Virus record (IMG/VR): IMGVR_UViG_3300044712_001937
Coordinates: 1-64,000 of that record
Length of the DNA stretch: 64,000 nucleotides
Direction: 5' to 3' (one strand)
Below the pieces are notes generated by a model, which ran no database searches, was not told the origin of the DNA, and saw only the letters and a list, made by a program, of their open reading frames with translations. This document shows positions 49,129 to 59,242 of the stretch, piece after piece. The position numbers were made by a program, and so were the translations under genes. Within the stretch, counting starts at the first letter, position 1. Every line of letters begins with the position of its first letter.

Positions 49129-49630
49129 AGTATATCAAACTATTGTTGATAAAGGACATGGCAATTGTATGCAAGCTGCAATTGCCAGTTTATTTGATAC
49201 AACACTCGAAGATGTACCTAATTTTATTGAATATAAAGATGGTTGGTTTTCGCCTTTATGGGAATTTATACAGAACAAAGGTTATAGTTATCAAGGAATG
49301 TTACATAATAAAAACCATAGTAATTTATATCACCCAACACTTAATTGTTTTAAAAAAGAAAATTGGTTTAGTAAAAGTATAATTTCTCCAAAAAAATTAT
49401 ATAAAGAACAGGGTGTTAATGGTTTATTTTTTGCATCAGTATTATCACCTAAATATTGTACAATTAATGATGGATATCATTCTACACATGCAGTTATAAT
49501 TGATAAAGATTATAATATTGTTCATGACCCAAATCCTGAATATGAAAATATATTAAAATATCCATTAGCTGATTTGTTAAAATATAATGGAATTATTGAT
49601 GTATTTCTTATTAATCCAAAAAATAATTAA
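49121..49630 (+). CDS. Hypothetical protein, possible papain-like (C39-type) fold
   Basis: GNCMQAAIASL and THAVII...VHDP; ATG at 49121 overlaps the previous stop. Confidence 0.45.
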   Translation: MIKVYQTIVDKGHGNCMQAAIASLFDTTLEDVPNFIEYKDGWFSPLWEFIQNKGYSYQGMLHNKNHSNLYHPTLNCFKKENWFSKSIISPKKLYKEQGVNGLFFASVLSPKYCTINDGYHSTHAVIIDKDYNIVHDPNPEYENILKYPLADLLKYNGIIDVFLINPKNN

Positions 49631-49660
49631 ACTGTATTTATATGTACTAAAACAATTAAA

Positions 49661-50260
49661 ATGAAAATTTGTATTTGTTGTAAATTTAAAAAAGAATATT
49701 CTGAATTTACTATAGATAATAAACAAAAGGATAATAGATATTCTGTATGTAAAATATGTTTAAAAGAAAAAAGAATTTTAAAAAAAGAAAATAAACGAAA
49801 GTATGATATTGAATATAGATTAAAAAATAAAGATAAATTAATCGAAAAAAGTAGAAATTATCAAAAAAGTATACCTAATGAAATTAGGACAAAACGAAAT
49901 AAAAAATATAGACAAAAAAATAAAGATAAATTCAATAAATGGCAACTGAAATATATTAAAAAAAATAAGTATAAATTTTTATATAGAACAGTATTAAATA
50001 ATTTTTTAGTTCGTTCCGGTAGAAATAAAAATGATAGCGCAATTCAAATATTAGGTTATGATTATGAAAAATTTAAATTAAGAATTGAATTTAATTTTAA
50101 AGAAGGTATGAGTTGGGAAAATCATGGAAAATGGCATGTTGACCATAAAAAACCAATATCAAAATTTAATGTAGGTATATCTCCAAAAATAGTAAATGCA
50201 TTATCTAATTTACAACCATTATGGGCTAATGAAAATCTATCAAAAGGAAATAAATTTTAA
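49661..50260 (+). mobile_element. HNH-type homing endonuclease (paralog of 39918..40622)
   Basis: CICC/CKIC; WHVDHKKP...NLQPLW..NLSKGNKF. Confidence 0.75.
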
Positions 50261-50263
50261 TAT

Positions 50264-50647
50264 ATGAGACCAACAAGAAAAAAACTAAAATTTGATGAAC
50301 GTAGTGTAAATGATTTATTACAAGAAATTTACAACGACTCTCACAACATTAAAGCTAAAATAGCCAGATTATTTACTAAATGGGAAAGCAAAGTTAAAGA
50401 AGGTGGTGAAATTTCAGCATTAGGTGACCAAATTGTTAAACTTCTTAATGCTGAAGCAAAAAACCAAGACCAAAAAATTATGCTTCTTCGTTACTTAAAG
50501 GAAGTTGTTTTTAACGATAAAACTGACAATAGTGATAATAATGGTCAATCTCAAAATGAAAAAGGTATTACTTCAAGTGATAGAAGAAATGAATTATTAA
50601 GCATGATTCAAGAAGAAATTGGAAAAAAAGATAATACACATAAGTAA
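50264..50647 (+). CDS. Hypothetical helical protein
   Basis: 127 aa ORF. Confidence 0.55.
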   Translation: MRPTRKKLKFDERSVNDLLQEIYNDSHNIKAKIARLFTKWESKVKEGGEISALGDQIVKLLNAEAKNQDQKIMLLRYLKEVVFNDKTDNSDNNGQSQNEKGITSSDRRNELLSMIQEEIGKKDNTHK

Positions 50648-51957
50648 TGAGTTTAGCTGATGATAAAAGAAGTGTGTATGCTAACATAGCTGCAACAACG
50701 TCAATTGGTCAATACGGTAAAATACCCACTCAAACCGATACGTTAACTTCTATTAATAATAAAAATGATACAATTGGTTTTTTACTTGATACTTTAAGTG
50801 TTGTTGCAGGTGCAGCAGCTTTACAAGTATTAGTTGGTGAATTATTTGTAAATTTTGCAAGTAAAGTAGAATCTCCAATGAAAGTTGCTTTAAAAAAACA
50901 ATTTATTCAAAATAATTCTACAGCAAGTTTACCATCATATTTTAAATCAAATGGTAGTGGCATTGCTCTTGATATGGTGAGTGTTGACTCAAAAGGAAAA
51001 TTACAACAACCAAAGACTTCTTTATTATATGACCAATCTAAAGTAACATTTGATGGAAAATTAAAAGATAGTATTGTCAGCGAATCTCCAACTGAAATTA
51101 ATGGTTTATCCATGACATATAAACCAAGTTTAGATAAATTAGTAGTTAAATCAACAGCAGCGTCAGAGTCATCAACTGTTGGTGATTGGTTTGGAAATTT
51201 TATTGATAATAGTGAACTTATTAATAAACAAGAACTTGTAGCTAATGTAATGAACACTATTTACGGTACTATAGATTCTAATTCAGATAAAACTGTTGAA
51301 CAATTATATCAAGAACAACAAATGAGTCAAATGCTTGATAATATTGGAAATGACGATGATTCATTTACATTATCTCAAGAAGAATTAGATGATGCTATGA
51401 AAAAAGCACAAGATTTAAAAAATGGTGTGGTTGTATATGATTTAGGTTGTGGTATGTATGAAGTTAGTATGAGTATGGATGACATAACTACATTAGTTAA
51501 TAGTGTTGTTAGCTCTTCAGACCCTAATGCTGTAGGTAATACTATTACTAATGCGTTTAGTGGAAGTGTAAGCACAAATCCGAGTGTTGAAACAACTGAT
51601 GAAAATAAAGAAGCTATGAAAGATGGTTTTTTAAAAAAATTACTCGATATTATAAAAAAAATATTAGTTGAAGCATTAACTACATCTCCATTAGTAAGAG
51701 TATTAATGGGTATATTTAGTGCTATACAAAATAATGGTGTTGCATTAATAACTAAACCAATTGATGATTTTAAAAAATTTAAATCATTAATTAAGTGTCT
51801 TACAGATGAAATGAAAAAAGAAATTTCTAAATTCATATTTAATTTAATATTAACATATTTAATGGCATTACTTGCACCTGTTATTAAAGAGATAATTAAA
51901 GAAAAAATAAATAACTATTTAACCGTTTTAAAATCATTAGTAGGTATAAGTAGTTAA
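50647..51957 (+). CDS. Hypothetical, probably structural protein
   Basis: 436 aa ORF in the operon leading to the gp5-like gene. Confidence 0.45.
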   Translation: MSLADDKRSVYANIAATTSIGQYGKIPTQTDTLTSINNKNDTIGFLLDTLSVVAGAAALQVLVGELFVNFASKVESPMKVALKKQFIQNNSTASLPSYFKSNGSGIALDMVSVDSKGKLQQPKTSLLYDQSKVTFDGKLKDSIVSESPTEINGLSMTYKPSLDKLVVKSTAASESSTVGDWFGNFIDNSELINKQELVANVMNTIYGTIDSNSDKTVEQLYQEQQMSQMLDNIGNDDDSFTLSQEELDDAMKKAQDLKNGVVVYDLGCGMYEVSMSMDDITTLVNSVVSSSDPNAVGNTITNAFSGSVSTNPSVETTDENKEAMKDGFLKKLLDIIKKILVEALTTSPLVRVLMGIFSAIQNNGVALITKPIDDFKKFKSLIKCLTDEMKKEISKFIFNLILTYLMALLAPVIKEIIKEKINNYLTVLKSLVGISS

Positions 51958-51975
51958 AAATTTAATAATAAAATT

Positions 51976-52152
51976 ATGATTGTAGACCAAAAATTAAATA
52001 AACAATTTGTCGGAGTTTATCTGATAGATGGATGTATTGACGGTACTCAACTTGCAACAGTAAGTAAACCTAATTGGTTTAGAAGGATAATTACTAAATG
52101 GTTTTTAGGTTGGAAATGGATAAGTATTCAAAAATTAAAATTAATTAAATAA
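51976..52152 (+). CDS. Small hypothetical protein (58 aa, MIVDQKLNKQF...)
   Basis: Translated by hand; its stop abuts the next ATG at 52153. Confidence 0.5.
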   Translation: MIVDQKLNKQFVGVYLIDGCIDGTQLATVSKPNWFRRIITKWFLGWKWISIQKLKLIK

Positions 52153-52560
52153 ATGGCTATTGATTTTGGAAATATTAATTCAATAATTAAAGGTTTTGAT
52201 AAAGTTTTAAAATTAACTTCTACTGGTAGTCCTCCAAAAGTGCCACCGCCATTAATATATATTGGAGTACCGAGACGTACAGGTTTATCAGCAACTAAAA
52301 TTGCATCTAAAATTATTGCAAGAAAAGGTGAAGCTGGATTACCTGTAGGTGTATTACCATCAGGTTCTGTTAGTCCAGATGAAATAATGGAAAGAATTAG
52401 AATTGAGGAAATTATTAAAGCATTACATGAAGATGCAGTAATTACAGTAACATTAGCACCGGGTATTACATTAACTGCTGCTGGTGCAAATGGTGGAGGT
52501 CCTGTTACCGTAATGGGGTCTACTATTGTATTTGCTATGGGATATGGAATTATACAATAA
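52153..52560 (+). CDS. Hypothetical baseplate-region protein
   Basis: 135 aa; Pro/Gly-rich. Confidence 0.45.
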   Translation: MAIDFGNINSIIKGFDKVLKLTSTGSPPKVPPPLIYIGVPRRTGLSATKIASKIIARKGEAGLPVGVLPSGSVSPDEIMERIRIEEIIKALHEDAVITVTLAPGITLTAAGANGGGPVTVMGSTIVFAMGYGIIQ

Positions 52561-52766
52561 TGGAAAATTTAACAGGATATACATCTACTCAATTACTTAA
52601 AATGCTTAATGATATAAATGTTAAGCATAAAATTGTAAGACAAGAAATTATTGATATGACTTTTCAAGTAGATGAACTTGAAATTAATATAAATAATAAA
52701 ATTACTGAACTTACAGAACTTGAAAAAAATTATGTACTATTTATTGATGAAATGAGTAAAAGATAA
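52560..52766 (+). CDS. Small coiled-coil protein
   Basis: 68 aa; overlapping start/stop with neighbours. Confidence 0.5.
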   Translation: MENLTGYTSTQLLKMLNDINVKHKIVRQEIIDMTFQVDELEININNKITELTELEKNYVLFIDEMSKR

Positions 52767-53659
52767 TGCCATACGATAAACCATTCATACATACGCAACC
52801 TGTAAGAGATTTAGGTGTTACAACTAATAATATAAGTAGAACTATATATTATGGAGAAGTAATATCAATTAATGATGAAACTGATGGTGGCAGAATAAAA
52901 GTAAAAATAGCTGATTTAGATAATAGAACAGCTAATGATGATTTGCCTTGGTGCTATCCTTTATTACCAAAATTTTTTCATTTATATCCACAAATCGGTG
53001 AAATGGTTCGTATATTTATCGAAGATATTAAATTTCCACAAAGAAGCAGATTTTGGCTTGGTAGTATAATTTCTCAACCACAAAAAATTGGATTAGATAC
53101 AATTTATAATGCATTATCTACTACTAACATGGGTTTAACTGTTCCAGACCCTGCGCCTGCCACATATCCTGCTTCTGATGGTGTGTTTCCAACAAAAACT
53201 GATGTAGCGATAATAGGTAGAGTAAATACTGATATAATTTTACGTATTAATGAATTACATTTAAGAGCAGGTAAACATGAAAATGATGATATTTTAACCT
53301 TAAATAGTAAAAATCCTGCTGAAATTAGTTTAATTTTCGAACCTTTAAATGATGATGAAAATAATTTTTATAGTAATACAGTCATATTAAGCGATAAAAT
53401 TGCATTAATTTCTCATTCCGGTAATCCTAAATTTAAATCAAGTAAATTAGAAACTAAAGATAGAGATAAAATTTTTAAAGAAGGTCATCCGCTTGCCAGA
53501 GCAGATGTATTAGTTGAAGCGTTAGAATTAATGAGAAAAGCAATTGTACAACACATACATGCATATTCTGGTTTACCTGTAGATACTACTGCTATTATAA
53601 ATGATTTAAATAAAATAGATTTTAATGCTATACTTCAAAAAAATATTGTAATTAATTAA
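52766..53659 (+). CDS. gp5/VgrG-like baseplate hub/spike protein (OB domain)
   Basis: GEVISIND...GRIKVKI...LPWCYPLLP...PQIGEMVRI. Confidence 0.75.
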   Translation: MPYDKPFIHTQPVRDLGVTTNNISRTIYYGEVISINDETDGGRIKVKIADLDNRTANDDLPWCYPLLPKFFHLYPQIGEMVRIFIEDIKFPQRSRFWLGSIISQPQKIGLDTIYNALSTTNMGLTVPDPAPATYPASDGVFPTKTDVAIIGRVNTDIILRINELHLRAGKHENDDILTLNSKNPAEISLIFEPLNDDENNFYSNTVILSDKIALISHSGNPKFKSSKLETKDRDKIFKEGHPLARADVLVEALELMRKAIVQHIHAYSGLPVDTTAIINDLNKIDFNAILQKNIVIN

Positions 53660-53674
53660 TAATTATATATATTT

Positions 53675-54466
53675 TTGTGTATGAAATTAGATTTAACCTC
53701 AATAAGTGAATTATTCACAAATTTTAATAATTTAACTTATCATGATTTACCTCATAAATACTATTTAGATGGGCAAGAATTGATTTCTGTCACCACATTG
53801 ATACATCAATATCAAGAAGAATTTAATGAGGAATATTGGTCTAATTATAAAGCAAATCAATTTAATTTGAATCAATATGAAATATTAAGAGCTTGGAATT
53901 TTATAAATAAAAAGGGAACTGTAAAAGGTTCTGCAATTCATGATTATACTGAAAATCTTTTTTTAAATAAAAAATACGAATACCCTAAAAATTTAATTTT
54001 AAATGAATTTGGATTTGACCCGGTAGAATATGAATATAATATTACTAAAAATCATGTTGATAATTTTTATAAAAATAGTTTTGGAAAATTAATACCTATT
54101 AAAACGGAATGTGTAATTTATGATAAAGAATCATTAATTGCAGGTATGTTTGACATTATATTTTATAATGTAAAAGCTAACGAATTTCAAATATGGGATA
54201 ATAAAACCAATAAAGAATTGACTCTTGAAATGCCAAATAGACATCTATTAGGAGATTTATATTTATTAGAAGATTGTGATTTAAATATATATTCATTACA
54301 ACTTGGATTGTATAAATACATTATTGAGAATAATACATCTATAAAATTAGGAAAATCATATCTTTCTTGGTTTTCACATAATAATGATACATATAAAATT
54401 ATAGAATGTAAAGATTTATCTTATTATGTAAATTTAATTGTTAAAAATAGAATTAAAGTTCTTTAA
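53675..54466 (+). CDS. PD-(D/E)xK (Cas4/RecB-like) exonuclease
   Basis: KGSAIH, AGMFDIIF, IWDNKT, YSLQLGLY. Confidence 0.8.
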   Translation: MCMKLDLTSISELFTNFNNLTYHDLPHKYYLDGQELISVTTLIHQYQEEFNEEYWSNYKANQFNLNQYEILRAWNFINKKGTVKGSAIHDYTENLFLNKKYEYPKNLILNEFGFDPVEYEYNITKNHVDNFYKNSFGKLIPIKTECVIYDKESLIAGMFDIIFYNVKANEFQIWDNKTNKELTLEMPNRHLLGDLYLLEDCDLNIYSLQLGLYKYIIENNTSIKLGKSYLSWFSHNNDTYKIIECKDLSYYVNLIVKNRIKVL

Positions 54467-55118
54467 ATTGAATTCTTTTACGTAATAATCCCATAGGTTT
54501 ATCATCATAATCTTGATAAATATAATTTTCAAATTTTATTAAATCTTTCTTATTTGTTATTCTAATTTGTGATGATTTTCCACCTCTACTTTTAATTATT
54601 CTAATTTTATAATTTAATATATTCAATTCATGAAATAAATCAATAATAAATTTCCAATCTTGATTATAAGCACTTGTAAAAGCGATTGAATGATGTCCTT
54701 TATTTTTAATTGTAACAGACCCATCACCATCAAAAAAACCTCTAAACCAATATAATTTTAAATTATTTGGAATTTTATTTAAAATTATATCAGGTGATAT
54801 AGTTTTATTTTTATATTGATTTTCAATTAGAAAGTTTCCAAATAATCTACTTGAAACCCAATTAACTGAAATGTTTTTAGGTTCTTTTGCAAATGAGCCA
54901 ACATTTTTAGTTATAAATGTATTCCAATTGCCTGAAAATTTTAATATTTCTATAAATATTACATTATCTTCATTTTTAGCGGAATGTTTAATTATTGGTG
55001 TTTTAGCATTATTATTTGAATAAGTAACACAACCATCTGCCCATAATAGTCCTAATATATATCCTATTTCTTTATCTTTAATATTTGTAAATAAATTAAT
55101 ATTTATTCTATTTTTCAT
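54453..55118 (-). mobile_element. Double-motif LAGLIDADG homing endonuclease
   Basis: YILGLLWADG and WFRGFFDGDG; start at 55118 preferred because the 55163 start lies inside a terminator. Confidence 0.8.
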
Positions 55119-55153
55119 TAAAATTAGTATTAGTTTCCCATATTTTATTTTTA

Positions 55154-55178
55154 TAAAAGCCACTAAATGTGGCTTTTA
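55154..55178. terminator. Intrinsic terminator after tail tube
   Basis: TAAAAGCCAC-taaat-GTGGCTTTTA. Confidence 0.75.
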
Positions 55179-55195
55179 ATTCTATTTTGTATCTA

Positions 55196-55687
55196 TTAAT
55201 GGTTAAGTATACATCTCCAAGGTTGAATACCTAATTCAATTTCAGTTAACTCATCTGACGTATGGTCATTATCACCAAAACTAATTGATGTAATCATACA
55301 TTGTTCTAAGAACCATTTTTCAACTTCAATACCTGTTGGGTCTAATGCTTTAAGTAATATATTCTTTTTATATCCTGCAGCATAACCCATACGACCTGTT
55401 AAAGATTCTGCATGTAAACGAACCCATTCCATAAGTTGTTGTGATGTAGAAGGTCCTATCAGGTCAATAAATGTAACCGTTAATTCATCCCATGTATATC
55501 TACCAGCAACGTAATTTTGTTCATTCATGTAGGGAATTTCTACTGAATTAATTTTCATTGAAGGACGTTTAAATTTTTTTACTTTCCAAACTTCGATACC
55601 CAATTCATCTGAAAACTCAGCAAAAAATCGGTTTACTCTTTTTGGTTCATATTCGAAGGGAATTCCCCTAATCATTTCTCCTGCCAT
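55196..55687 (-). CDS. Tail tube protein (T4 gp19-like)
   Basis: NRFF, RPSMKINSVEIPY, GRYTWDELTVTF, YKKNI.L..LDP.G..VEKW. Confidence 0.85.
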   Translation of the reverse strand: MAGEMIRGIPFEYEPKRVNRFFAEFSDELGIEVWKVKKFKRPSMKINSVEIPYMNEQNYVAGRYTWDELTVTFIDLIGPSTSQQLMEWVRLHAESLTGRMGYAAGYKKNILLKALDPTGIEVEKWFLEQCMITSISFGDNDHTSDELTEIELGIQPWRCILNH

Positions 55688-55753
55688 ATCTAATTTTGTT
55701 TTATATTAATCGTTTTATTTTTGTTTTATTATAAATACTTGTTATTTTAAAAT

Positions 55754-56059
55754 TTAAATAATTTCATTATTTAATTTAGGTAATACACCAGTTCTTCGAT
55801 ACATTCTCATTTCTTGTTTAGTTAATTCATCCATAGATTTATAATTAACTTCAAGTTTAACATCAGGTTTATCTTTAGGTAATATATCAATAACAATTTC
55901 TTTATTATCTTCAATTATGTTAATTTTATTTGTTTTTTTAGATTCACTAAGATTAATTATTATTGGTTCATCAATTACAACATTTTCATTAACTATTGTA
56001 GTTTCTGGAATTATTTTCTTTTTATTTTCAGTTTGATTTTTATTTTCTTTATTCCACAT
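55754..56059 (-). CDS. Hypothetical protein
   Basis: 101 aa ORF between the sheath and tube genes. Confidence 0.5.
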   Translation of the reverse strand: MWNKENKNQTENKKKIIPETTIVNENVVIDEPIIINLSESKKTNKINIIEDNKEIVIDILPKDKPDVKLEVNYKSMDELTKQEMRMYRRTGVLPKLNNEII

Positions 56060-56090
56060 AAAATTTAATTATTAAATATTTTAATTATTG

Positions 56091-56116
56091 AAAAAGCCAC
56101 TAAAATGTGGCTTTTT
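56091..56116. terminator. Intrinsic terminator after tail sheath
   Basis: AAAAAGCCAC-taaaat-GTGGCTTTTT. Confidence 0.75.
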
Positions 56117-56143
56117 CGTTATGAAAAGTTAATTTATTTATTG

Positions 56144-58960
56144 TTATTCTGAAAATGAAGCACCTGATGGCGTTAAAGTAAATGTTATTCCAATATATTC
56201 TACAGAACGTGTTGGTTTTAATGAAATTTCACCATATAATTCATTTCTATCACGAGTTTCTGTAGTATTATTAGTATCATCCATTTTTATTCTAAAGTCA
56301 TATAAACCTCTTTCTCTTTTAATATTATCAAGAATTGGTGTTGCTTTTTGTAAGAATTGGTCAATAGTAGCTTGGTCATTTTGTTCAAATACAAGTCTAA
56401 TAGCAATATTTGCAATAAGAACTTTAACTTGAAGTAATAATCTACGTACATTGATTCTATCAAGAGCACTTTCTTTCTTTTGTAAAGTTTTTTGTCCGAA
56501 AATTGCAGTTCCTGCATCAGCAAAATCTGCCATTGGATTTATTCTACCTTTATATAATATATCACGAGCTTCTTGTGACATTTTATATTTAGATTTACGT
56601 GCATCAGTAACACCTCTATTCAAACCAGCAGGGGCAAACCAAGGAAACTTAACATTATCTGTATATGCCATAGCTTTTACAACTTCACCTGTAGGTGGAA
56701 TATATACATTAACATTATTTTGAGTATCTTTAATTTGAATCCAAGGGAAATAAGTACAAGCATAACTACTATCGATATCTGTAGTATCTAATAAATCTGC
56801 AATATCTGAAGCTGCAATTATATCTGCTTTTCCACCATCACCAATAGTTAATTGTACAGTAACATCAGGAGCATCTACTATATATAAGCTATCAGTTCTT
56901 AATTCTTCAAGCATTTCAATAGTGTCTTTAATTAAAACTGTATTATTAGACCAATCAATACCCGGAGTAGCAAATAAGTTAACCGTTACTTCTTCAGGAT
57001 TTGCATACGTATTTATAGCAGTTTCCCATGCTTGAAAATCATTAGTAGGTTTTCCATTAGGAATTACTCCATCATAAAGTCCATTAAGACGATATAAATC
57101 TCCATTTGAACGTGAAGTTCTATGTATATCCCAACCATCAAAACCACCAGCAGGTACTAATGTAAATTTCCTTGTAACTAATTCGTAATAAGGTAATGTT
57201 GCATCTAAAACATCTTCAACAGTTGCGAATGTACCAGCACCTGCATCAAAAGCAAAACCACTTGAAGTAACACCACTTGCATTTATATCCATGTGATATC
57301 CATTAGTTTTACTAAATGAATCAGTATTCGCACCATCATAATATCCATTGAAATTAAAGAAATTTTGATTAATTCCAGTTCCAACAGTACTTACAGTATC
57401 ATATCCAGTTTCAGATACACCTAAATATATTTTTTTAGGTCTTTCATCATCGTCATATTTAGTTTTGTAGAATATTTTAGGAGTAGTTGCATTATATGCA
57501 CCACCAGTAACATCTGTATTAAAATTATTGAAATAATATCCTTCAAAACCTGCAGGAAATGAATCAGGAGTTATTTCACTATCTAATTCAATCATTATAT
57601 ATTTACTTTGAAGGTCATATTCAGAATCAGAAGTACCAATTCGTTGAGCAATATAATTTGTTTGTCCTTTAATCAAACTACATCTTGAAAATTGTTCAAG
57701 AATAGTTGGAGCTGCATCAGTATCATAAAAATCACGAATAACTACATCAAATTCAAGTGTTACTGGATTAATATTGGTAATACTGATTTTTATTTCTTGA
57801 TTTGCAGCATCACCATCAGAGATAGATATAAATTTAAATAATTTATCAACTTTATTACCTTTTATTTGTGATACAACCCAAGGTGTTTCTGGAGTTTTAA
57901 ATTGAGTTCTATAATTAGTATACACTGGTTCATCACATATCAATAATGCGTTATTTATTCCATAAGCATATGACATAATACCTGAAATACCGTAAGCAGT
58001 TAAACCAGAAGGTGCTGTTTTTCCATCACCATCAATTTTTTTAATTAAATCTGGATATGTTGCCTGAGTATATATTTTTGTTTTCTTATCTTTAGCATCA
58101 ACACCAATTACATTAGGTAAAAAACTTGATGAATTTGGATTTAATGAAACTGTATAAGATTCAGTAGTACCACTAACAGTTAATGTAGGTGTATATCCAG
58201 TATTAGTTGCTTTTAATGTTAAATTACCATATAAATCACCAATTCCAGTATTAGTTAAATTTCCTGTAATTGTAAGAGTATTAGTATCAAATTTTGTTTG
58301 TGCACCATTTGTAGAATCTAAAATATCACGAACTGTACCTCTACTTCTTATTACTGCAACTACCATATTTTCATATTCTGTATACGATGTACCAGTTAAA
58401 CGTGTAATAACATCTTCAACAGTCCCATTACCACTAATATTAAGAGTTACTGCAGTAAATGAATGTACATATGTACTAAAAATATTACCTATTTTTGTAA
58501 ATCCAGTATATGAAATACCAGTATCTCCGGTTGCATTTAATGCAACACCTAAATAAGAATTAGCTGTGAATGCTACTGTTATAGGTGATGCTGGTGCTAA
58601 CGGAACTATAGTATCAGGGTCAACACCTGCACTAAGAGTAACTGCCCATGCTTTTCCTGCTTCATATCCAGATAAACCTAATACTCTGGTTACCCAAAGT
58701 TGACTTGATTCATTTAAATATGAGTTTGCAACGTAAGGTAATTGATATTGTAAACTACCATTACTAAATCTTTTTATACTTTGTGTGCCAAATCTCGAAG
58801 TAAATTGAGTTTTATCTTGAATGAAAACTGGTTCAAATGCAGGACCTTTCAATGTTTCACCAACTAGACCTAAAGTCGTCACACCAACATTACGTGTAAC
58901 AAATGTTAAGTCTCTTTCTCTAAATTTTACCCCCGGAGAAGTAAATACAAATTCTGCCAT
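56144..58960 (-). CDS. Contractile tail sheath protein
   Basis: FTSPGVKFRERD, GETLKGPAFEP, WFAPAGLNRG, GQKTLQ...SALDRINVRRLL. Confidence 0.95.
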   Translation of the reverse strand: MAEFVFTSPGVKFRERDLTFVTRNVGVTTLGLVGETLKGPAFEPVFIQDKTQFTSRFGTQSIKRFSNGSLQYQLPYVANSYLNESSQLWVTRVLGLSGYEAGKAWAVTLSAGVDPDTIVPLAPASPITVAFTANSYLGVALNATGDTGISYTGFTKIGNIFSTYVHSFTAVTLNISGNGTVEDVITRLTGTSYTEYENMVVAVIRSRGTVRDILDSTNGAQTKFDTNTLTITGNLTNTGIGDLYGNLTLKATNTGYTPTLTVSGTTESYTVSLNPNSSSFLPNVIGVDAKDKKTKIYTQATYPDLIKKIDGDGKTAPSGLTAYGISGIMSYAYGINNALLICDEPVYTNYRTQFKTPETPWVVSQIKGNKVDKLFKFISISDGDAANQEIKISITNINPVTLEFDVVIRDFYDTDAAPTILEQFSRCSLIKGQTNYIAQRIGTSDSEYDLQSKYIMIELDSEITPDSFPAGFEGYYFNNFNTDVTGGAYNATTPKIFYKTKYDDDERPKKIYLGVSETGYDTVSTVGTGINQNFFNFNGYYDGANTDSFSKTNGYHMDINASGVTSSGFAFDAGAGTFATVEDVLDATLPYYELVTRKFTLVPAGGFDGWDIHRTSRSNGDLYRLNGLYDGVIPNGKPTNDFQAWETAINTYANPEEVTVNLFATPGIDWSNNTVLIKDTIEMLEELRTDSLYIVDAPDVTVQLTIGDGGKADIIAASDIADLLDTTDIDSSYACTYFPWIQIKDTQNNVNVYIPPTGEVVKAMAYTDNVKFPWFAPAGLNRGVTDARKSKYKMSQEARDILYKGRINPMADFADAGTAIFGQKTLQKKESALDRINVRRLLLQVKVLIANIAIRLVFEQNDQATIDQFLQKATPILDNIKRERGLYDFRIKMDDTNNTTETRDRNELYGEISLKPTRSVEYIGITFTLTPSGASFSE

Positions 58961-59242
58961 GTTTATTAATTATTAATTTATCTTTATTTTTAGTTTATTA
59001 CATTCTTTTAAATAAATACTATAAATTTACCCAAAAGTAGTTTTGTTTTAAATATTATATAACTGGTATTCTTAATCATAAAATCAAAATTTTGATTTTT
59101 TATATTTATTTAAGTTAGATTTTTAAATATTTAAGATTTTTTTATTAAAATTTTTTGTTTTTTGGTAAAAAAAAAATAAAAAAATCTTTATATTTGTGCA
59201 ATATTTATTTGGAGAAACAGTATTTATATATGTAACAAGAAG

